Shown piece after piece: positions 26,001-37,559 of a DNA stretch of 64,000 nt. The stretch's first letter is position 1, and each line of letters opens with the position of its first letter. The translations under genes and the position numbers were made by a program. The notes under the pieces are model-generated. The model saw only the letters and a program-made list of their open reading frames with translations, did no database searches and was not told the DNA's origin. This stretch comes from Antedon mediterranea (lineage: Eukaryota; Animalia; Echinodermata): NCBI RefSeq assembly GCF_964355755.1, contig NC_092673.1, positions 14,294,948 through 14,358,947 of the forward strand. The letters run 5' to 3'.

Positions 26001-26689
26001 AAAAAGTAGGAGGAATAACTTTAACAAAAAGACATCAACAGACTCCTATTCCTTTCCATGCTCCACTCAGGTAAACTCTTGTTGTTTCAAAGCACATTTA
26101 TGATGATGGCGACATTGAGATGAATGGAAACTATTAAAACATCCACTAATTAGGATCTTTGAATGAATTATAATGGGCTTGGAGCGACCAGAAAAGAGAA
26201 AAACGATCTCAAAGAATCTGTGCCAAAAGATACACAATTTTTTTTATTCTTATTCATGGTTATTTTTTTGTTTTACACAAGAATGTATCTGACAGCAAGC
26301 AATGAATGCTAAAAGATGCCTTGGAATATAGAATGCTTGCAAAATTAATCGGAACCAGAAAAAAGATTTACAAAGACAAAAAGGTTTATGAATTTTCAAT
26401 CTATTATTAATAAGGTTTACAAATATTCAATTTGTTACCTTATAAACAAATAATGAATATTAAATAATGATGCATCACCAATAAATCCACAAGATTATCT
26501 GGGTATAATGAGCTGAAGAGCAAATGCAAGATAATACTGTAATATAAAATGGTCAAATTTGATTTTAACTAAGCTTATTATTAAGCATTAAGAATGTCAA
26601 ATCAAACTGTATAATAAGATGATATCATACCTAATGAAATCACAAATGAAAAAGGAGTTTAACAGATGATGATGGAAACATTTACAAAT

Positions 26690-26793
26690 CTAACTTATGT
26701 AATGTAAACCAGTTATTTCATTAGACAATCTCGTACACCTTGTGGCCATCACTTTTGTGTTAAATGTCTGTCTAATCTAATTCGTACTCTTCA
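26690..26793 (+). pseudogene. RING-finger (C3HC4-like) fragment
   Basis: TPCGHHFCVKCLSNLI at ~26735-26783; flanks are degraded. Confidence 0.55.
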
Positions 26794-26969
26794 GGTATAT
26801 TCTTATATATGACACCAAACAATTGATGCTAAAAGAAGCCTTGGAATAATAAATAAAAGCTTGCAAAATTAATTGGAGCCAGCGAAAAAATTTACAAAGG
26901 TAAAAAAGGATCTATTATTAATAAGGTTTACAAATATTGAATTTGTTTATAAAAAATAACGAATGGTAT

Positions 26970-27500
26970 AGCCATAGTGAATGGGAAATATCTATATGCC
27001 TACCATATTAAGAAATAAAAAAAAGGTAAAAACTTATTTTTGACATGGTATTTAGACAGGTAGTGAATTCTACTTTTGATTGTGACTTGAACTCGTTCAA
27101 GGAATTTAATTCATGCAACTTTTTAAGCTCCGTTTTTAGAATGGTAGAATTCGAGAAACCCTGACACTCCTTATAAACAAGCCCTTGGCTGCAATATATT
27201 CTGGTAAATAAATGGAAGGTGTATTCCAGAGTGCAGGATATGGATGTGGTAGATGGCCATCTAACGGTAAATCATAGTAGAAATTTCAATGACCCTATAA
27301 CAGAAGTCCACAAAGTAATCGTGCAAAATTGAAGTTGAAAAGATTGCGAGGATGTAAAAGAATACTTTTATGAATTTATGTGGTGGGAAAGATATGGCAG
27401 GACAGGGGAGGAAGCTTTTTTTTTGTCTTATGTAGGATCGACCCACTTTTATTTCTTTATCAATAAAAAGTTTGTTACAATGCATTGCACTTGAGTAATG
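26970..27500 (+). mobile_element. Merlin (IS1595/ISXO2-like) transposase remnant, deleted paralog of 36310-36810
   Basis: IYSGK*(W)K...GHLTVNHSRNFNDP...EFMW; nucleotide similarity to 36310-36810. Confidence 0.8.
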
Positions 27501-28125
27501 TAATAATACAATACAATATAACTGACATTAAATAACTTTCAGTACATCTGATATTTCACTCCTACCATTGCATTTATAGTAAGGAAAGAAGAAAAAAACA
27601 ATATTTTCCTCTATGTTATACACTCTTACACATTTTTCAATCCTTAACAATGTATGTATAATTTACCACAAAATTCTTTATTTTATAACTCTTTTTATCT
27701 CTTTTAGGCAATCAAAAAATAGTTATATTTTACTTTACCTAAATATCAATTTTATAAACGTTAATTTTATTAATGAAGCTTTATATGAAAATATGCGACA
27801 GACAATAAAGAAAAAGAAAAAGTATACCAAGAGCTAGTCCTAAATTGTCACAAAAATGCTTCAAGACATAAGTTGAACAAGTTCAAAATGCAAAATGTAT
27901 GTTGAAAAATGTTGACATCAACGAATCAAATGATCGGTCATTTGATGTTGGTAAACAATGGGGTGAGAGGCCATCACTTATCAGCGCTTTTTTTGCCGTA
28001 CCCACACTTATTTGGTTTTTTTTTTACAACTTGTTGGAGCCTTAAAGTATTTTAATACAGTTCTTTAATAATTATGGTTAATATTCAGTGGAATAAAGCG
28101 GCTACAGTGGCCCTAATAATAGTAT

Positions 28126-28696
28126 TTGGGAAACACAAAAATCCAAAAATTAATTAGATGGTACAAGGCGAAATGGGCTAATACAATATCTGCCAGGATC
28201 TGCCCATATAAAAAATGCAGAAGGCCAAAAGATGATAATGAAGTAATAGGTTCTGTTGACATGCAGAAAATAATCATGTTGCCAAGAATTCCATTCCTGG
28301 ATGTAAACCGTGTCAGTTTATGCGACGTATGATCGAGTTTCATAAACATTTGCTCCCCTCGGTAACGCCAAAAAGTCAATAGGTGTTGTGTGGGACGAAG
28401 ATGTTTCTGGACGAGATGCAGACTATGTGGCAAGCACAAATTTTAAATTCCTCAGACATGTATAAAATCGAGACAAGAAACGATTCACCTTTTGGGTGGA
28501 TAATTGTTTGTCAATGGTTAATGAAATTAATCGTAGTAATGATGGACTGGAACAAATCACCTTCAAATATTTCGAAACTGGCTACACATTCATGTCTGCT
28601 GACGCATTCCATCACCAAATTGAGTTGGGAATGAAAAAGTCCAAGAATGGTGGAGAAGATTTCTTGAAGATTGTTAATAATGCAATACATCTTTAA
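28126..28696 (+). mobile_element. Sola1-type DDD transposase remnant
   Basis: SVDMQKIIMLPRIP, LWDEDVSGRDA, WVDNC, ITFKYFETGYTFMSADAFHHQIE. Confidence 0.7.
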
Positions 28697-28829
28697 AATA
28701 AAATTCACGTTACATATTTTCTATATATGTACTAATACCTATTATAACTGACAAAATACATTAATTTGTCTTTAAAATTTTAAACTCAAACATGTTTTGC
28801 TTATTTACTCAAAACTACATTTTTTTAGA

Positions 28830-29300
28830 TAATGCTCTTTCGTAAATCAGGGCAGTATAGACGAAGACGCACTAATCATCAACAACCCTAAAGTAAACTC
28901 TCTTGAACTTATTAAATCCATCTCCAACATTATACCAACAGAATATTTCATTTAACTTTTCTTTCAATACCACAAATACTGTATGATATATTTGGAAACA
29001 CACATTTCCATCAACTACACAACACTGTCAACAGAAAAAATTCACTACTCAATATATCAAAAGCCATACCAAAAATATACATACATTCATAAAACATCCA
29101 ACCATAACCCAGCAATATTTAAAAGTATCATCAAAACTGAATCACACCGATACAATCGACTATCTTGCAACATAAAAGAATTTCGACACATTAGCACCCT
29201 TTTTTCATTAAGATTAAAGAAGATAGGTTACAGTCGTAAAATTAATTAATAAACATGATACAATTTAAACACAATCCAAAGAAAAGAATATAATGCAAGG
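28830..29300 (+). mobile_element. Penelope-like element, RT C-terminal/thumb region
   Basis: YLETHISI...IYQKPYQKYTYIHKTSNHNPAIFKSIIKTESHRYNRLS...RLKKIGY (28983-29249). Cut by the Harbinger insertion; similar A/C-rich sequence resumes at ~31322. Confidence 0.8.
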
Positions 29301-29307
29301 TATTATT

Positions 29308-31318
29308 AGAGAGGTTTCACAACCTTACAAAAACGTCATCATTTTTAAACTTTTGAGTTGATCCCCATTTCGTATTCGTAAATGGGTATTTGTTGTAACG
29401 AAAATAAGCAGCCGTATTCGTTCGAATATAGTTTTTAACATATTTATCATCTTTTTAAAAACATGCAATATATTTCAGATTTTAGGATAAATCTACATGA
29501 TATATTGAAAATAACTGACTAAAAATTGGAAAGTTAATTTAACAAAAAATAGGATAAATAGCAAGTTGAAAGTTCTGTATTATTTTGGTCGCTAGCCAGG
29601 CTGCGCAGTATAGCTATCAATACTACTACTACTCGGCCTAGGGCCACCTGATCGCGTGATAATTCATGGCTAGCCTCGTGAGGTTACCTTGATTGGCTAG
29701 TAGTACTGTAGTAGTACCTAGCACTAGCTATATATATAGTATAGGCTAAATAGGCCTACCTCAGGCAGGCCTAACTAATTGTAGTGCCGCTACAAATGCT
29801 TAAGTGGAGCGCGTCGTTCTAAATGCCTGGACGCGCTCCGCTGTGCGTATACCTTGGAACGTCTACTACGTTGAAGGCACTTGAATAAGTCAGCGACGGA
29901 ACCTAGACGTAAACTATTATTACTCACTTGTATTATCATACAGTCAAAGACTATATTATAATGGTGAGTACTTTACGTTGTAGTCTTTTATAGTAGTTAA
30001 GTAACTAAACCAAGAGACTAGCAATCTCTTTATAATACTTCTGCTAGGCCTATATAAGCCTACTACTAGGACAAGGCCTCTAGCTAGGAGAGGCCTAGGT
30101 GTTATTATTATAGCCGTGCCTATAATACGATATAGTATAAATACATAATACTAGTACTAGCTACAGCTAGTTAGTATATATTATTATTAAGCCTATTAAT
30201 TATATAGAATAGGGTAGATAGAATATGTAGTACTGGCATATATTCAGTAAACTATTTAGACTAGCCAGGCAGTAATATTATTAGCCTACTACTAACTAGC
30301 CTACCTAGGCCTCCTACTACTACTAAACAAGGCTTGGCTTACTTTTCCCTAAAGTGTAGATGAGTAAAAATGCTGATGTTATATTAAATCTTTTTTCCTT
30401 CAGATTATGGCCACTGTGACCTGCACTAGTCGGTTCAACCCAAAATTGGATGTTATTTTATTGAAAGAAGTGTTGGCTGACCCGCCTTTTTTAGTGCCGC
30501 TTGGGGAGAGGAAAATGAAATGGGATAGAGCGGTAAATAAAATAAATCAACTTGAATTTAAAATTACAGCAAGAGCTGGAAAAGATAGATTTAAGCAGAT
30601 TAAATTAAATCGTCGTCATAATTTTCCACGGTCCTCCCTTGGCATTGCCATTCTCTGTGGAAACGAATCGAGTATAATAATAATAATATTAATAATAATA
30701 ACAACAACGTTAAAAATCTAATGCAATCATTAAAAATAAATATAGCGATATACCTAGGCCCTACCATTACAGATAATTTACTTATCCTAGGCCTAGATTA
30801 AGTCTTTACTTAGGCTAGGTCTAATAAAAAGTAGGCTATCTTTTTGTCGTTGAACGTAAGTCTATTTCAAAAAGTATAACGAAAAATATATGTTAAATGT
30901 CTTCTAATTTAGGTCTAGGCATTTTTTAAGCAATAATGATAGGCCTAAAAAACAATTGGCCTGCCTATAGGCCTAGTAGGCTATTCCATCGATTGAGTTC
31001 GATTTTTGAACAAATACAATTTAAAATTATAACATAAGTAAACTTATACTTACACAATAATGAATTCCGATTAGAGTATTAAATAAGAGTACTTTAAAAT
31101 GTAATTATGTTTGTAAATTCGAAGGATAAACTTTTGTTTTTGATTATGTAATCAAAACAACATAGAAATGTCACGTCACGCTAAACGGCCCCCTCTATAT
31201 TCGCGATTTTGTTGTCAAGTCCGAAATTGAATTTACTGGGCATACGAAAACGATTTTGTGACATGTGTGTGGCGTATCCGTTTTCGTTATCGTATTCGTA
31301 AGGTTGCGAAACCTCCCT
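29308..31318 (+). mobile_element. Non-autonomous PIF/Harbinger element with Myb/SANT ORF remnant
   Basis: 21-bp TIRs agagaggtttcacaaccttac / gtaaggttgcgaaacctccct. 3-bp TSD att (29305-29307, 31319-31321). Myb-like RFNPKLDVILLKEVLA...KWD...ITARAGKDRFKQI (30407-30600). Confidence 0.85.
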
Positions 31319-31410
31319 ATTAACAACTACAAACACTTACTCAACAACAAATACAAAATACAATACGTATTTTATAAAATGATTGTAAGAAAGTATATGA
31401 GAAACAATAA

Positions 31411-34045
31411 AGCCTCATTCACACTTGATTAAATCATAGGCAGATTTTACCGAGATCCTGGTAAAGTCTCCAACTTCATTCGCAAACGGTCAACCATTTT
31501 GAGAAACAAAGCTAGCTGTAGCGAACGATTGCTTTTATTGAAATATGGAGCCAGAAATCCCATCAAGAAGGATTCGAGGGCATGAAGTATATTTTGAGGG
31601 TATGGGACAGTATCACCTGAGAATTGCTGGAAGCCTTTCCAGATTGCCCATATAAGACATGGGAATCTGCACGGGATAGAATTGAATATCTAACAAAAAA
31701 TACCGTGCCGCCAAAAAAATAAACAATAGCAGCGGACGTGGACGGACGACATCGCCGTTTTACAACAAGCTCGATTGGTAAGTAGACCAAGCTTACTTAC
31801 CAATATGTAATCATTCAGTTTCATCAATATTTTCATTTCATACCTGTCAGTGTCACCCGGCCTACCATAGGCCTATATAGTAATGTTTGCCTTGAACGCA
31901 AATCGAGGCAAGAAAGTGGAAGATGCCATTGACAAGTCAATTAAATAATTAATTAAACTATAAACAAAAACAGAATAATCAAACAACAAAGAGAACGCCT
32001 CCAATGGGAGAAGAGTTTAGAAGAAGAAAGAAAACGGAATGAAGCAGTGAGAGAAGAATAAAAAGGCGCAGGCAAGAAAATTCCTGTTGCAGTTGGCAGG
32101 TATTCTTGGTAATGCCATGCAAAATTTTGACAGCAATTCTGGCGGCAACCACTTTCCTCCAAACAATTATGCCCCAAATAATTATGACCCAAACAATGAA
32201 ACACCACCTACATTTTGGCAAGATCCCCGAAACATGTAAAGGTCAACAAATGTTGTTACCATTACCACCATTAATTCAAACCAAAGTTCTTAATATTTAA
32301 ACACTTTCCTAATCAATATTTATTATGTAGTGCAAAAACACCTTGTAAAGTTTACATGTAAATCAAATTAAATCTAATTATAACAAATTTTAAATACGTA
32401 AGTCAAATTTTCTTGTCTTGTTTAACTAAAGACAATATCATTATATATATACAAAATTTACATTATCAATGGTATACAAACAAAAATATGCTAATATAAA
32501 ATGAAAAAATACCGGTAATTAAATTACGGAATCAGAACTGACTACAAACTCGATGTAAAACATGCGCAGTCGATCATGTGACGACAAGCAATAGCTTAGC
32601 GCTTCATGTACGCGGTACGCGGTAAAGTGTTTGCTGGAGAAATATAGACAACTTAACCGGCGGTAAAGACGTGTCTGGAAATACAGACACTATCGAATAC
32701 GGCGCCTAAACAAGGGAAGGCCAACTCAGACAGCGTTGTACGGTGTTGGCGCCAGCGGGGGGGGGGGGGGGGGGGGGGGTACGGGGGCTCTAGCCCCCTC
32801 GTCGGGGAGCCTTTTTTAATTTACAAGTAACCTTCTGTACCGTGGGGCACCTAAAATAAATTTCCTGTATGTCATGAATTTCTCACCACTCGGAAGTCCA
32901 GATGGTACGCATGCATACACCTGGGAGGAATAAACTTATTTCCCAGACTGAAAAAGGTCTACGCTTGCGTTTTTGAAGCCTCTAGGCCTGATGTTTCCAA
33001 AGTATAAAATGCAATTTTTTGAAGACCTGCAGCTCTAGTTTTAAACATTTTCTTAGCTCAGCCCCAACAATAAAGCTGGTCGTATTTCGAAGAACAAGAA
33101 GTACATTTTCCGGGACCTAACATCTCTATTTTTCAAACATTTCTTAGCTCAGTCACAACCCATGATAGGGACTTACATATTTTTGTTCATGTTTTGAAGT
33201 ATAATAAGTCCAATTTCCGGGACCTCCAACTCTATTTTTATAAATTTTCTTTGAACTTTTATTTTTTAAATTGAAAAATATGGATTGAAACAGTCATCGC
33301 GCATCGTTTTTTTGCACGCAGTATTTTATTTATGCATTATAAAAAATGGAAAAAATGGCTACCCTAAATCTGATTAAAATGACCTCAAATGACGCTAGAA
33401 CGCGTTGCTTCCGGGGGCTTCTTGGCGGCCCCTGGCCCTCAACCTAGTGTTGCTCGCTTCGCTCGCATAGCCCCCTCGTCGGGGAATGTAGCCCCCGGGA
33501 AGATCCTGGCGCCACCCCTGCTGAGTTGGCCTCATCATGAAAGCGTTAAGTTCTGGTGTCCATCGTTCAACTAGCCCAAGCCACAACAGAGAGTCTTAAA
33601 TCAGTCTTTAGAACGTCAAATAACGCAAATTTTGCCAGGGCCTTCGGCCCCTGCACCCTGACCGGGGGCCCTTGCCGGCCCCCTGGCCCCCAGCCATTGT
33701 TGCTCGCTTCGATCGCACCCCCCCATTATAAATGCTGCATACGGGCCTGTTTATTATTATATGAATTGTACGCATGCGTTATTGTGCAACAAAGCAATAA
33801 AGGTCAACCAATTAGAAGCAATCTCAGTAACCTAGGTAGCTTTAACTGATTCCCGCTGTTCACACTGGATTATTCAGGCCGGTTAATCTCCCTCGGTCAG
33901 TTTTCCTGGGAAAATTTCACTCCAGAACACTAACCTCCTTGAAAGGGCAAGTTTAACGGAGTGAGACTTACTGGGATGTACGCACTGGACTTAATCCAGT
34001 CTAACTAACTAACTAACCGACATGTATGTTATTTTGAATGAGGCT
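31411..34045 (+). mobile_element. Second Harbinger-like derivative with trihelix/Myb ORF remnant (right end uncertain)
   Basis: Ends agcctcattca / tgaatgaggct. TWESARDRIEYLTKKYRAAK..SGRGRTTSPFYNKLD (~31658-31775) and coiled coil QQRERLQWEKSLEEERKR (~31983-32040). TSD not conserved. Confidence 0.6.
32741..33520 (+). mobile_element. hAT-like MITE with GC-rich subterminal block and degenerate internal repeats
   Basis: Imperfect TIR cggtgttggcgccag / ctggcgccacccctg. Shares ggcggcccctggccc...ttgctcgcttcgctcgc with 11310-11355 and 33675-33716. Inverted homolog at 40760-45090. Confidence 0.7.
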
Positions 34046-34089
34046 TGTTATACCTGCTAAAAATAAAAGTAATAACATTCAAAGTTTAG

Positions 34090-34550
34090 AAATAATGGGC
34101 AACAGAGAACACATGTGATCCCACTAAAATTACAAATACTCTTAATGACTTCTTTTCTCAAATAGGTCCCAATCATGTGAGCCAGAAAACACTGGCTCTG
34201 TAGAAAATAATATTTCCTTTAATCATGTTGATAAAGACAATATATTGTAAAACTACTAAAACTTATTTCTCAAGAAATCTGGTAATGATGAATTACCTGC
34301 CAAACTAGCTAAAGTTGCATACAAGTGGAAAAGTGCTTGAGTTTGTCCCATATATAAGAATGGCGACAGAACTAAACCTAGCAACTATAGACCATATCTA
34401 TTTTACCTATTTTATAACAAGTATTAGAAAGTATTATAAAAGAGCAGTTTTGTTTGACCAAGTCTATGAATTTATTAATGAAACTATTTAATTTATAACT
34501 GTCAATCAGGTTTTCGATCAAATTTTTCTACCATGTCATCATTATTAAAT
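34090..34550 (+). mobile_element. CR1/L2 LINE ORF2 remnant (pre-RT and RT start)
   Basis: ITNTLNDFFSQIG, WKSA*VCPIYKNGDRTKPSNYRP, QSGFRSNFST. Confidence 0.88.
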
Positions 34551-34862
34551 GAGAGCAAACACACACTAGCCCTTCTTCAGTAGATAGGGCCTAATTATAT
34601 AGTTAATAAGACAACAAATATGCATGTCTTCAAAGGGTCGGGAAAACAATGCATGCAATCATTAAAAGCTTGCGCAAAAACAATGCTGGGAAAAAATAAA
34701 AAATGCCAACCTAAAAAAACAATAATAATTGTATTGTCTCTTTCCAACTTGTATATATAAGGACAACAAATTTGGTTAGATGTCACCATTTCAAGAACAT
34801 TTCCATAGAGTTTGGCTTGGCAAATATAGATAATAACCGTAATTACATTTAACCTTTCAAAA

Positions 34863-36810
34863 TGTTGCCGATGATTGGTGTCAATCACCAATTTGATGGA
34901 CCTGAGTCCTACATACGTTGGTTGCATGACAGAGGAATTATTCACACAGAAAAGCAATGTGCTAAATGTGGGAGAGAAATGAGGATGGCATCAAGAGCCA
35001 GTATAAGTAAGTAAGTACTTTTATTATTATTATTTATTTATTTTAGTAAATTTAAGGAGACTGTTAAATGTAATTTTGTTCAGGTCTTTGTACTTTGTAC
35101 TGCTGTATTTTATGGTGTAACCACACTGTAAAAACAATTACATCTCTGGAGGTGTGCTATAACAACATTGAGAATGTTGCTATGAACTATCTGTTACAAT
35201 CTTCACTCTTATTTCACTGTCAGTGTGATTTTCCGTTTTGTATTTGTTGTATATATGGAATATTATTCAGAAATAAAGTGATCAATTCAATTATATATTA
35301 TTATATAAGTTATTTTCACCCTTTCAAATTTTAGTAATACAGTATAATGAATAATAATATTTATTTCACTTTTTCCATATTGTAATACATTGAGTTGTAA
35401 TTTTTCTGATTCCTAACAACCTCATTTTATTTATGAAACTTTGTTCTTTAATATTTAATGATCTTTCGCCTATTCTATATATTTATTTAAATTGACTTAA
35501 TGTTTTATATTTTTAAGGTATTGATACTTATGCTTGGAGGTGTGCGAAATGGTCCTCAAACATAAGTTTACGATTGGACAGTAATTTAATAATTAATTTG
35601 TGATTATATTAACCTTATTAAATAAATCAGGTAATTACTGTTTTTTAGTAAATTAAAACAAGAAACCATGGTAGACTAAGATACTTAAATGTTTCATTTG
35701 TAAACAAACAATTTATATTTAAAGGTTCGTACATTGAATTTAGATAATTATTTTACAAATATTGAGTATATTACCCATATGCTATTAATTAAGATTAATC
35801 AATTATATTTCAATTCATGCCTACAGTCTAAATTTAAATAAATTCATATTAGGTTAGTCTTAGACTAAAGAATATTCTATTCTTTAGTCCATGGTTAAAT
35901 ACTTAAATGTGCTGTTATTAATGTTATGTTTTTCCTTTTTTAGGTAATGGAAATGACATAACAGACAGAACAGAAAGTGACGCAACATTTTCGGTGGTTA
36001 CGCGATATATGCAGCTCACGAAAACTAATGGAAAGCCCCTAAACCTGCATCCTCGGTGTGATTGTACAAATAGATGAGAGTGCATTAGTTACAAAAAGAA
36101 GGTATGGACAACTAATTCTTCTCTCATAATTTAAACATTGTCACATATTTTTTTAATTTATTTACAGTCAACAAAAATGATTTCTGACTGGTATTTAAAT
36201 GCTGTATTTAAGATGCTATGTTTAATATATTCTATACTAGAAACATATTATCATGCTGTAAATTGCCATATCTCGTAACTATGCTGTTCTTCTTCCTAAT
36301 ACACAGATAGGCATAGCGAAGGGATATATCTATATGCCTACCGTATATTAAGAAAAGAAACTAATGTACCATGGAGTAAAGAATATTCTTTACTCCATGT
36401 AATGTACATTATCATTTCATTCCAGAATGGTAGAGGTTGAGAAGCTCCGACACTGTGGGTGTTTGGTCTGTCCGACACGACTTATAAGCCAGCCCTTGGC
36501 TATAAGGTGGTGGAAAACAGATCTGCACAAACTCTACTACCACTCATCAAAGCACACATATGATACATCCAGGAACAATAATATATTCGGATAAATGGAA
36601 GACGTATTACAGAGTGCAGGACCTAGATATGGTAGATGGCCATTTAACAGTAAACCACAGTAAGAATTGTGTTGACAGGAGTCTACACTCAAAACATGAG
36701 AGTCCTACTGAAATCGTGCAAAATTAAAGTTTAAAAGAATGCCAGGGTGTAAACGAGAAGGGTTGCCGGAATACCTTGACGAATTTCATGTGTGCAATAG
36801 GATCTTGACT
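34863..36810 (+). mobile_element. Merlin (IS1595/ISXO2-like) transposase, multi-exon pseudogene
   Basis: Exons: QCAKCGREM (~34955), YAWRCAK (~35529), VIVQIDESA (~36058), WVFGL...VENRSAQTLLPLI...PGTIIYSDKWK...HLTVNHSKNCVD...EYLDEF (36425-36790). Confidence 0.88.
36370..36399. repeat. 30-bp perfect palindromic insert with 8-bp TSD (minimal MITE)
   Basis: catggagtaaagaat|attctttactccatg flanked on both sides by taatgtac (36362-36369, 36400-36407). Confidence 0.9.
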
Positions 36811-37559
36811 TTATTTTAATTTTATGAATCTGTTATTTTATCTGGTTTAAATTTTAATGCAATAGTTTGGTTCACTAATATAAACCACCAATGCATGAAA
36901 AAAGTACAAAGAATAAGTAAATCCAAACCAAAAGATTATAAAATGGTTAATCCTATAAACTAATAGTGGACCACAGGCATTTCCAGATTACCCTATGGGG
37001 AGTAAATGCGGTGTCTATTCACATTTTAAGTCGAAAACAAATCAACAAAATACTTAATAGCATTCCAAAATGCTGTAAATCAATTAAAAGTAAAAGAATC
37101 AAAAAACTAAAGGTAATGTATGCCACACATACAATGATATGTACAAGAAGCATACAAAACTAAGTGACGTAAGTACTGTAAAGAAGAACTGAACTACCAA
37201 TTCGTTGCCGCGTGAATACACATGTGTATAAGCAGACGCTTTCGATTCACGCAAACAAATTTGCCTAGATATATAGTATATAGCCCTATATTTCATCTCG
37301 TAAATTAATACACGAAATTTACGAAATTATTGTTAGAAAAGCCTTATGTATGGGTTGAATTATTGAGCAAAAAATACCTCAAATTTACAGATTTCCTACT
37401 GTTTAACCGGGTGTTTTTATACTGTACATATTTTTAATGTTATACTGTTGATGTGTAAAATAGGGTGTCTGGAAAAATATAAATAATAAAACTAAGTGAG
37501 CATATTTTTTCCCGATTTAATGTCAATAGTGTATCTATAGTATATATCATACTACAATA

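Noticed and set aside
23100-26800. RAG1L/RAG2L (ProtoRAG/Transib) locus suggested by MNGNY (~26119), a RING fragment and convergent ORF-like stretches
   Set aside because: Motif matches are very short, the RING lies after the putative core motif (wrong order for RAG1), and I found no CAC-type RSS-like TIRs.
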